From NCBI GenBank assembly GCA_002633005.1, contig NMRA01001223.1:1-33000 (forward strand): 33,000 bases of DNA, read 5' to 3'. Within the stretch, counting starts at the first letter, position 1, and each line of letters opens with the position of its first letter. Positions 22,983 through 33,000 of the stretch are shown in pieces. The translations under genes were made by a program, and so were the position numbers. This DNA comes from Phoronis australis (taxonomy: Eukaryota; Animalia; Phoronida). Under the pieces are notes generated by a model that worked only from the letters and a program-made list of their open reading frames with translations, made no database searches and was not told the origin of the DNA.

Positions 22983-25900
22983 TAAAGAAAGCACAGATCT
23001 CACGTCGAAGTTCAAGTCAATGGTATACTAATCAAAACTCAAAACATGTAGCTTGGAATGAGCCTGTAATATTAGGGTAACTCACACCTATTACCTGTCC
23101 AGTATCAAACGAACACCTGGGCTATCTTGGGCTGCATACAAAGGTGTTAGCAATGCATCCTCCATGAGAACATTTCAACAACACAAATGTGACTTACACT
23201 TAATAAACACCAACATAACAGGGTAATAAATCCATTAGTTAGTTGAAAACACTTATAGTGTAAAATTTAACCCACTTTTAAACAGCTGCAATAAAACTTG
23301 CCTTTAGTTCTGATAAGAGCTTATTTACAACAAAGCCAATTGACTATTGAGCTGGTACAGTACATGTCAAAAGTTTTCAGAGGAAATGACCCCGAATACC
23401 CCCCCTAATGACAGCCGGGCTGGCGATGAATTCAGCATCTGAGTAAGCATTAGCTCATAATCAAGAATGAAAACAAATTAAGACAACAGTTTGAAATAGA
23501 GGTAAACCATCCAGTAATTGGAATTTTGCCAATATATTAATTATCAGTCATCATTTATGTTGCTAACATAATTTAAGCAGTGTTATGTCTGATTACTTTC
23601 GTCTAGAACTGTAGGTTACTCGTGGCAACAAAGCAGATGTCAAATTTGATTGAATATTGAAAATCAATTAATATCCGATACGAAACAATTGGGCATAAAT
23701 GACTTTTCCAATGCAAACAGAACAATGACACGGCACAAGCAAAAATAAAATAACAGTTTAACAGTTATCAGTAGTCAAAACTAAGGCCTTCGCTTCTTAG
23801 TGTTTGCAGATAAGTCAAAAGTTAATTGTTCATATCTAAGTTACTGTTGGTTAGGTTTTGTGCTCAATAATTGACTTCATTTCGATCTCTTCGATTGGGA
23901 AACAATAAAAAAATACTCATTGCTACTATATGCAAACATACAGTAATATACGATACAACATTCCCTCATTTTTAATTGGCTATAAAAATCCACTATGTTC
24001 ATCAAAGAAACTATATCTTTTAATTTAGAACATGTTCCATATTACACTATCAGGTTTATCTCAACCTGTTGCCGCACTTACACAGACAAATAATTAGTGC
24101 CGGACCTACGGAAGAGCTAACATTGCGCTATGTGCTTGAGATGATGTCCAGCACACGATGACTTGACGTGACAAGCCAAATTTATCGAGTCGGATATCAA
24201 GCAAAAGCAGTTCTTTGCAAGTTCACAAATCACCTCACTCTGTGCATTACGAAAGCCTCCTGAATGGTTTCAGGCAACAAATGGGTTTCTAAATTGAGGC
24301 AGTCCAGATATCAATCCAGTCTTTTGTTAAGCGTTCGAAGGTCCTCTTTTGTCCAGCATCATGACTGCAGGCCAGTTATCTACCATGGTTCAAAGAATTG
24401 ATAAAGCCATTCCCTTATAGATACCAGAGAAAAAATCTAGTATTTCTTTACTGAGTTAGAAGATCCTAATTAACTTATCTTTTTACATGGAATTCTGTTT
24501 CAGGTGTCTAACAGTCACTAGTTTATAGTCCACAATATATCGACATATTTTAGTGGATGTTTTATAGCCATAAAGCCATCGCTGATGCGATAATAATGCT
24601 CCACACAATTGATCAAAATTGACGACAGCAGACTTGCATGAATCTATTGAGAAAGTGCAAGGTGGTGGGAAAAGGGCCGAGTCTTTAATGGAAGGTGCAA
24701 CTTGAGACCACACTGATACAAGGAAGTGCCTTAAAATTAGTTATTGATGGAAGGACACTATGAAAATTGAAAATCAGGAAAATTAAAACTCAATTCAAAA
24801 TTAATATGTAGACCTTGAGCCATCCTAGAATGTTCATGATACTGATTAGACAGAATACCATCAAAGGAGACGAGAGGTCTACGAAGATCTAGGAAATCAA
24901 AAGGCCAACCAGCAGACCATGAGTTTTAACTGTAATTAATATTAAGATCAAGATTATTCTTTAAAGGCTAACACGTAAATTAGTAGGATGTACATTTTAC
25001 CAGCATTTCTTCATAAATTCCATTAACAGAGCACTGTTACAGGGTAAAAAAACAGTTTGTAAAGAAAACTGCATAACAAATAATTTAATTACAATTAACC
25101 ATATAGAGCTAGTCTTCTACTTCTCGAAGTGTTATTCACAAACTATTTATTGTCTCCCAGACTGCGAGAACTCAAATCGATAAGATGGCAATGACAATTG
25201 AAGCTACCGTATATCATAACTAATTCATACAGCTTAATCTCTTCAATTAAAAAAATATATTTAAACGCAGCTTTGCTAAGTATGTGGACTGCTGATTTGC
25301 TGGAAACAAAGGAAAGCTGAGTGTGGGTCACGGACATAGTGAGTGAAAACTAAATGTGTGCAGACACAGACAGAACCAGTGAGGTGTGGGTGAAACAAAT
25401 TGGTAATTTAACGATTCCGACGCGGATGATGCCCGAGATGAAAATGATATAATGCACATACGTGTATGATCAAATTGTCACCCTCCGTCATACGTATTTT
25501 TCCCATATTTTTCATCCAACGTATGCTCTGCTACCTTTTTAGCTTGAATTCACACAACTTTTATGCAACATGACATTTAGTAAATCTTAAATAATAATAA
25601 ACTTAATTTTGTTTACTTTAAATCAAGACTAAGGAGTGTTCAAGTGGTACTTTAATGCAAGTGATATCAAGTTCATGAATGGAATGTTGGAGAACACATT
25701 CACCCACTGACGACATCATCCCAGCCATAAATAACAAAGTATCGCATCTTTCTACAACATATGAAAACTTTATTTCTATGCCAGTGAGATTTTGATATTT
25801 TTGGTCAATGATTGTCAGTTTGTGTCATAACGTCCTGGTTTTGAAGTGGCATGTCTTGAACGAAACGGGACATCGCATCACATGTTCATGATACCTACAG

Positions 25901-27164
25901 ATTTGAGAAGTATACGACGGTGTGGGATCCAAGAGAAATGTCCAAATTTGGCTGAATACGTATCATCGTATCTCAGAAGTCCCCAATCTGATTCAATATT
26001 TAAAACTTTCAGGTACCATGATTTATGCATTGTTCTCCAAAATGATGTTGGGTTTGTTTTTATAATGTCCCCCTCTTCATGTGCCAAGTGGCTAACAAAA
26101 ATATGACTGATGGATTTCGTAAAAAAATTCAAATGTTGCATGAACTAAACTGAACTTTACTAGAAAACTCAACTGCATCTTTTGAAATCTCACATTCAAA
26201 ATTTATATCAAATAAAATTTTGATTGTTTTAATGATACCATTGTTTTACAACTAATGTACTTTTCTTTTTTTTGCTAAATTTTACTAAAAAAAACATTGT
26301 CAGTGACTCATTTACTGCAGATTAATAAAATGTAAATAACCCAACTCTACAGACCTTCTACTTTCAGAAAATAATACTTTTACTGGGTCAAAATCTATAG
26401 TTTTTAGACATCTGGTTAACGCCCAGACTACATAGGTCCTACAAAACTTTAACCAGCTCCCTCTTTCAAAATCTGATACGGTGCACTTGGCTATGCTCAA
26501 GTTCGAAGCTGAAATTTTGATCTCTTCAATATTTAGAACCGCAACCTTAAATTGACTGAACTAAAGGAAACGTGAATGGCTTAGAATAGCTGAGAAGATT
26601 TGTCTGCAACAGCGTTAATATATTTTCGAAATGGATTTTAATTTAAATTCCATGCAAGGAAAGGACCGGCTTTACAACCATCCAATTCTTTTCAAATTCC
26701 TCATCATGAATCAATTCTCCCATTGAACAATGTGCGTCAAGCTATGCGATAAAACTGCAAATAATAACAAGCTGTATTCACATGAGGATCTTAGAACATT
26801 TCAGCAAAATCGTTTTAAGTAAAAGTATTCTAAATTCCTCATGTTAAACCAAAGACTTTAGCTGGAACAATTTATAGCCTGTCACGCACAAGCCTTATAA
26901 CGCTTTTCCCAACGAAAAAGAAAGATTGCTCACATAAATGTTCTGACTGATGTCACATTGCACAAATAAATACTGCTAGTGACATTTAATACAACAATTA
27001 GCACCAGCCATTAAACTCCATTAACACGTTTTAGTAACGCCATCAAGCTTGTCAATGTGAAAAGAGCGCATTTTTAGTTAAAACTTTCCAGCTAAAGCGT
27101 TTTAATTTCATGGTCATTTGAAAAACCACAATCCTCCATCATTAAATGCCCAAGCATAGCATAC

Positions 27165-27297
27165 CTCCCAGGTCATCATCTTCTTCCTCCATTTCTCGTT
27201 TCATTCGTTCAAGTTCCTCATTGGCTCTTCGTACATCGTCCTGCAGCTGTTCGTCCATTACGTCGTTAGCATTGTTATTGTTCTGCGACATCTTGTC
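27165..27297 (-). CDS. CCDC181: CCDC181 exon (DKMSQNNNNANDVMDEQLQDDVRRANEELERMKREMEEEDDDLG), with an alternative start ATG at 27291
   Basis: ttacag| and G|gtatgc, phase 0/1, in frame with the large exon. Acidic coiled-coil composition. Confidence 0.85.
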
Positions 27298-27427
27298 CTG
27301 TAATTGCCGGGGAGGACACAGCCAAGATTATTGTAAGGATACTCCAAAGTAGAGATATATTAGAAACAACGTCACTAAGAATAAATAATTCACAGCTTAA
27401 GCCCATTAAAACTCTCTAAATAATAAA

Positions 27428-27440
27428 TTTGCCTAGCAAC
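27428..27440. promoter_or_regulatory. RFX X-box-like motif
   Basis: TTTGCCTAGCAAC, one mismatch from GTTGCCTAGCAAC, about 150 bp upstream of the ATG at 27291. Confidence 0.4.
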
Positions 27441-27847
27441 ACGAAAATGTGTTATGTCCACATTTATTAACGAATTGAACTTTTAAGTTTCAACTCCACG
27501 TTATTTAAATAATTTTGACACAGAACATTGTTTGCTGATTATCTAAATCTTATTAACCTTGTGATTTCCTTCACAAATTTTGGAATGACTTCACTTTGAT
27601 TCCAACGAGCTTCCTAAAGTGTCCCAGCAAGAGTGTTTTGTTTGCATTCGTTGCGTGAAATTAAACTTAAAATGTTTTAAAATTTAAAACCCATTAAACA
27701 GTAGGTTTAGCTAGAATTCCTTAAAGGCAAAACTTTCAAATGTCATCGAGTGAAAACTCTGTTGTTCGTTTCAGCATTTACTACGAGCATTTTTCCGCTT
27801 TGAAAGAGTGCCCATGAACTCATTCGAAAATTTCACATCACGCAAAT

Positions 27848-27935
27848 ACATGCGAGTGCAGCACAATAACATGCGAGTGCAGCACAATAACATGCGAGTG
27901 CAGCACAATAACATGCGAGTGCAGCACAATAACAT
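27848..27935. repeat. 21-bp minisatellite (ACATGCGAGTGCAGCACAATA)x4
   Basis: Four exact head-to-tail copies plus ACAT. Confidence 0.95.
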
Positions 27936-28866
27936 TTCATTTGAGACTTGGCAGCTGCCGTTTAGCTGTGTTAATGCATTTGAAATATGAAAGCATTCTG
28001 CGTGAAAAGAATATATTTTTAAGATCGCAAACTGTTGACTCAAATATTTTAGCTAAAAATTCATGAATTTATGATTGCGTAAATCCATCTTGGGACAATC
28101 TGTCGCTAAACTGCGTTTAAAAATTAGCAATATGAAAATTTCGGTGTGAACAGAATGCGTTTTTACGTTAATCTGTTTTGGCTCGAATATTTACCTAGAA
28201 GTAAAAATTTGTGCTCATATGAATCCTTTAGACAATTCTACAGTACACCTAATGCAAGATTTCTCCACTTAATCATCTGTGGTCAAAACATTACAAAGAT
28301 GGGAACCCAAGGACCAACATTGTTTTATGATTTTTGCCAAACCCACGACAAAAAATAAGTTCAGCACAATCTTTGTAGGCATATTTTAAAGATCACTTGT
28401 TTGATAAATATTTGTTGTGCATGAACTTTTTCTGAACAGACAATCATAATAAATTCATCAATCCTATTTATTAGACAATGGTACTTAAGCCTCCTTATCA
28501 AAAACCCTTAGGCAGATTTCACTAGAACATGAATTAGTTTTGGAAGTTACTCTACTGGTGTGCCTGAGAACTAACTGTAACCCTGATGATCGTGCAGTCA
28601 ATTATTATACAAAAAAGCCTTTCCACCACAGACCATATAACAGCGATAATCTTGAGTCATGATACATTATCAAAAGGGCTTCAGTCAACTACAAACAATT
28701 CACGTCAACGTATGTTTCAAACTAGAGTTTCCTTGGATCTAATGCATGTTTCTCCTACTTACAAAAAAAGTAATTGTTTTCCGGGATTACACGCTCGCAG
28801 TTGATGAAATACGAGAGCACCTCAATGTTACAATATTGCAAGTCAAACAAAACCCCACGCGTTTAC

Positions 28867-28910
28867 CGGACATTGATCTACAAGTTCAACTTGTCCTTCC
28901 CCCTGGTAAC
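28867..28910 (-). CDS. CCDC181: Candidate small CCDC181 exon, 44 nt (GYQGEGQVELVDQCP)
   Basis: UG-rich tract + gtttgttag| and CCG|gtaaac. Phase 1/0, restoring frame with the 16-nt exon. Confidence 0.5.
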
Positions 28911-29299
28911 CTAACAAACCAACACACACAGGCAATACACACAGGCAATACACCAGTGAGATGGGAATGAGAAGCCTATGTAAACTATAGAGATGACATC
29001 CCATTACAGAGTTAATATTGACAGTAACCAAACCAAACTGAACTTTACCGCCACTTGTGGGCACTGTATATGAAATCCATGTAATACTGAAATGACAGTC
29101 ACACATAAATGCATCCAATTGTATGCCCCAGGGCAAAGAATCGTGATTGTCTCCACAGGCATTACAACATATGCCATATAATTCAACATACCCAGTAAGC
29201 ACATACAAGAGGCACTAACAAGACCTCTATGACCCTTGGCAACACTTGGCTGAGTTGTATTCAGCTCTGATCAAGACGGGATCTAGCACACAAACATAC

Positions 29300-29315
29300 C
29301 TGATCCACTGTCACA
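29300..29315 (-). CDS. CCDC181: Candidate CCDC181 microexon, 16 nt (CDSGS)
   Basis: gtatgtag|TGTGACAGTGGATCAG|gtatgt, with a strong donor. Phase 0/1. Confidence 0.5.
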
Positions 29316-29951
29316 CTACATACCAACCGTAAAACACACTTGGCAAGGATTATACTAACCAACCAATTAATAGTTTTTAGTGCTGCTAGCACCATTTAAA
29401 TCATAAGCCTTAAGTTAATTGCATTTATCGTGTTGGTTATCGTAAAGGAACTTGAGAAGCTAAAGTTGCTAGGGATATTTTAGGTTAAGCCTTCAACTAT
29501 TGATGAAAAATACAAACCATAAATTTGTCATGATAGGCACAGTGACTACAAAGGTTCCAATTGTCAATGAGTGGTGTGCTAGTGCCTAAAGTAAATATGA
29601 CATTCAAGGCTTTCAATGAACGGTATAGATATAACAAGAAGGAGCCTGAAAGAAACTTATAGTGCTGATACAAAATGTAGAATAAACAAGGACAGGAAAA
29701 GATAAAAGTGTGGTTGGAAGGTGAAAAAGTAGTTATAGGTAAACATGTCCTTCAAGGGCTCCTTCATGTATCAAAGTACATTTAGATAGGAAGACCGGGT
29801 TAAAAATTAATTAAGGCGATATGAATACTAGGTCACAATAATGGGAACAAGAAGATATTAAGCAAATGGGCGTGAGGTTTGAAAATGATTGGCCAGGAAG
29901 TACTGCACCATCGCTGTTCAACTAATATCAGACACAGAAAGATGCCCTTAC

Positions 29952-29966
29952 GAACTGCTTAGACGT
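29952..29966 (-). CDS. CCDC181: Candidate CCDC181 microexon, 15 nt (TSKQF); 21 nt if the upstream AG is used
   Basis: U-rich tract gtttttttgtttgttgctggttag-atgtag|ACGTCTAAGCAGTTC|gtaagg. Phase 0/0. Confidence 0.45.
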
Positions 29967-31023
29967 CTACATCTAACCAGCAACAAACAAAAAAACACAG
30001 ATAATCTGACAAATTCCTCATCACTGAGTCCATAGATGTATGCTTCACAATTGCACATTTGCTCTTGCACTAATTTGTGCCATGTCTTAAAACTTGTCAT
30101 TAAGACAACTTGGTGATCTTTTGACTTCGCGGCCATTTTGTGTTTTTACTAGAGGAGCCCTTTTGGACTTGTGGAGAAATGCCAGTTTATTGTTCCCTCA
30201 ACCCTTTCATGCAAAGGTTAGGCTAATGAATACTATACGACTTAGGGTGCAGTGATTGAAAAAACCTGATGTTGGGTAGTGCATATTTCATACGAAAGCC
30301 ACTTTTTGTGACTGGCTTTGCACAGAACTAAATTTGGATAAAACCAAACTTGACAATATACTGCTTGAAGCACAGCAATTCATCATTTTGGAAATAAACA
30401 ACCCACTCTTGCTTAATGCTACAGAAAATGTCTATATCCAGTTAATTCCACTATACATTGAACACCTAGCTATAGTGTCTTAAAGCATTAAATTCACCAT
30501 GGTCTGTATTACTCGATTGTTCAACAGAAAAAACATAGATGATATAAAGAAACTTGTAAGACAACTCTTTGTAATAAGCCAAAACTCCAACTTGAGATAC
30601 GTTTGATAATTGCTTATTTTTAACAAGTTTCACAGAAGGTAAATTATTGAAATTATCTATTTCTAATCTTGGTCAACTAACCACCACTAACACTGTCACT
30701 GGCTCCATGTTCAGAATAGAAACTCGTTGCCATGGGGGCAGAACAGAATCAAACAAAAAGTCAGTAGTCAAGAGCACACAGCGTATACTACTTTAATTTT
30801 AGAAGAAATTGAGGCATGCTTACAACACACATTTTAGTTTTCATTAGATAAAAAGGCAGAGAAAAGGAGTACGCACAGGTTAGATTAATTAGCCCATTTT
30901 GCATCTCGTACTTTGTTTTATTAACATGTACCACAAGAGTACAGTTATAAAAACACTTCACGTAATTGTATCTAACAAATGACACCAGTAACCCAAACAG
31001 ATGCATAAAAGAGAAATATTTAC

Positions 31024-31077
31024 CTTAGAAATGTCGTTGTCCACTTGGCTACTCTCCTTGGAAGGTTCAATGGCCAT
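31024..31077 (-). CDS. CCDC181: CCDC181 probable first coding exon (MAIEPSKESSQVDNDISK); the exon begins at 31082
   Basis: tttgtttggcag|TTAAAATGGCC with strong start context, and AAG|gtaaat donor. Phase 0, in frame with the 27297 exon. Confidence 0.65.
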
Positions 31078-32271
31078 TTTAACTGCCAAACAAACAAACA
31101 AATAAAAATGCCTTCCACATGAAACTTTCAACGTAAAATTTGAATTTAACTAATCTAATACACCATTGGTCTACCAATGCCTGTCCAGGTGAATTCTTGG
31201 AAGACATTTTTTCATTGCTACTTATGGAACTTGTTAAATAAGAGAAGAAAATTTGGTTATTGGTACATAACAGGAATGCAAGGGACGCACCAGCACAACT
31301 TCTTCTTTTTTTGTAAATTCTTGGCATCTTAAACCCATGATCAATTAGAATGAAAGATGTAAGAACAAGAATTATGTAAACTCTGTTCACAACTATATGA
31401 ATATTGCACTGCCAAATTAATTCAGTTTGGTTTCATGAAAGTACTTTACTTTACTGAATATCAAATTGAAAAATTTCATTTAATTCAATGTAGATTTCTA
31501 ACTCTCTGATCTCGATAAAAGATGAAAAACAAAAATTTGCAACAATTACTATATAGTTGAAAATTTACAATCTCAGGTATACACCTAATGTAAGGAAAAT
31601 AACTATAGAAAACTACAGTTGGTCACTGAACACAAATGTGTACACCCCTTGAGATTCATAAGACAAATATCGTTTTATTTTTAAAATGTCAGAAAATGTT
31701 ATTGAAAGTGGAGCCAGTTTATATTACATCATGTATAGCACACTGTCTCAGAATCTTAAACTCACAATGAGCTGAGTGATTAGTGGACAGAACTTCGCCA
31801 ACATGCATGTTTCATTATCACATGAAGTAATTCATTGAAGAATTGAATTATAAAACAATCCGATTGGGATGGTGTCTAAATGATGGAGACATAAAAATCA
31901 AACCTTTATCATTACCATTTTTCATGAATACCTATTTAATCTCTGAATGCTTTGTCTCAGATAGAACAGCAAAAAATACTAATACATACACCTCTATACA
32001 GAGTATGACAATACCATCAACTAAATGAAGAAAAATAAGAAAATAAACGACAAAAATAATAACTAAGGCGATTAAAATAGTGAAAATTACTAAGAATAGA
32101 CAAGTAAAAGATTTAGAAAGAGACCAAGCCCCAAGCTCAGCCTCAAGACTCAAGAGTCAAGTCAAAGCAAAGTCAGGCAAAAGACGCCGTGAGAGTTACG
32201 TTCTAGGTTTCCAGTAAAAAGGGAAATCTTTGTTTATAGAGTAACATGTTAAAAATGCATCAAATACTAAC

Positions 32272-32370
32272 CTCGACATTAGGATATCATTCCTTCGCTA
32301 TAGTTCAATACACATTAACCACAATATATTCGCCCATAAACCCGCAATGAAATACACAATCACGCCGTTG
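32272..32370 (-). other. CCDC181: Probable 5' leader exon of CCDC181 (5' end approximate)
   Basis: GAG|gttagt donor at 32272/32271, local CpG enrichment, and position just downstream of an X-box-like motif. Confidence 0.45.
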
Positions 32371-32786
32371 TTTTGTTACGGCTTCCTAGGACACAGGGAG
32401 TCACATTCAAACACAAACAACAGCTTCGTATTTAGTAAATTATATTATAATTTTTCTGGTGGGGGGTGTTTGGGTATTAAAATTTGATTTTAGGCAAATC
32501 AGTCATGTTGTGTATTAAGATAACTATAATATCTTGCTCCAGGGTGTAACAATGAACAACGATAAAATAGTCAATAATTTGTCGATACAAAGCTTCGCGT
32601 TAATCTATCGTTGCGACTCTAAGTGAGGTATATTTCACTGCAAAACAACATGCAAAGTAATATTGCTCATTTTGATCAAGTTTTATAAGATCATGGTCAT
32701 CCCAGATTGCTAATTATTGAGCAATTTTCTTAGAAATGTATATAATTTGAAATGTGGCCTTTGTTGATGCTACCCTTGAACGTGTT
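32371..32786. promoter_or_regulatory. Putative bidirectional promoter for CCDC181 and PRDX4
   Basis: ~400 bp between divergent first exons. X-box-like GCTTCCTAGGACAC (32381-32394) and forkhead-like ACAAACA (~32413-32419). Confidence 0.45.
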
Positions 32787-32958
32787 ATGTTCGGCTCGGT
32801 CAAGATGTTTTGCGGTCTGCTGGGTTTGGGAGTATTTGTCGCGTTGTGCTCGTTGGCATCTCCTGAAGAAGTTTGTCAAACATTTGCTGGTGGTTCGGTA
32901 TACCCTCAAGAGACGAGACCGGCGTCTGGACACAATATACATTGGAGCAAAGCTCAAA
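32787..32958 (+). CDS. PRDX4: Peroxiredoxin-4, exon 1 (signal peptide + N-terminal extension); the gene continues beyond the window
   Basis: Translates to (MFGSVK)MFCGLLGLGVFVALCSLASPEEVCQTFAGGSVYPQETRPASGHNIHWSKAQ, matching the PRDX4 pattern CxxxAGGxVYP…HxxHxSKAxI. Phase-1 donor A|gtgagt. The ATG at 32805 has the better context. Absent from the ORF track. Confidence 0.9.
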
Positions 32959-33000
32959 GTGAGTGGTGGCTGGTGCAAAACCACGGGGGGGGGGGGGGGG

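Noticed and set aside
23086-23450. Splice-site-like pairs in the large CCDC181 intron (- strand ~23095-23131; + strand ~23381-23442)
   Set aside because: They break frame or contain stops with the good donors, and I found no partner exons.
25396-26550. Probable decayed DNA-transposon sequence ending in CCTTAA (similar ends near 645, 4635 and 14575)
   Set aside because: Only one terminus is recognisable in each case, so boundaries and family cannot be supported.
27848-27935. Regular repeats as a CRISPR array or a repeat peptide (MRVQHNN)n
   Set aside because: Head-to-tail identical units with no spacers, eukaryotic intron context and no cas genes.
29948-30136. 62-aa ORF MAAKSKDHQ… with good start context
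   Set aside because: No recognisable homology. It runs through a pyrimidine tract better explained as the microexon acceptor, and AAAATGGCCGC is also a common YY1-like motif.
32985-33000. Poly-G run at the window end
   Set aside because: Truncated homopolymer in PRDX4 intron 1, possibly a sequencing artefact, so it cannot be interpreted.

Overview
Eukaryotic, AT-rich, intron-rich genomic DNA from a draft assembly. It is probably a marine invertebrate animal, but the species cannot be determined from the sequence. Three genes can be supported, and most of their exons are poorly captured by the ORF track. (1) A + strand Tec/Btk-family tyrosine kinase fragment: six phase-compatible exons (1601-9546) encode linker-SH3-SH2 and the first residues of the kinase domain (…GRGQFG), but no further kinase exons are recognisable, most likely because they are lost at a contig join. 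(2) A - strand CCDC181 orthologue with a complete coding sequence (~549 aa, CDS 31077 to 19119), a chain of candidate N-terminal microexons and several RFX X-box-like motifs. (3) The first exon of PRDX4 (+ strand, 32787/32805-32958), head-to-head with CCDC181. The rest is introns, UTR-like sequence, MITE/Helitron-like remnants, tandem repeats, two N-gaps and two duplications that end exactly at single-N contig joins (probable assembly artefacts). I see no prokaryotic-type system, CRISPR array or RNA gene. The most interesting candidates are the microexon cassette, the shared CCDC181/PRDX4 promoter, the kinase-less Tec locus and a pre-miRNA-sized hairpin pair.
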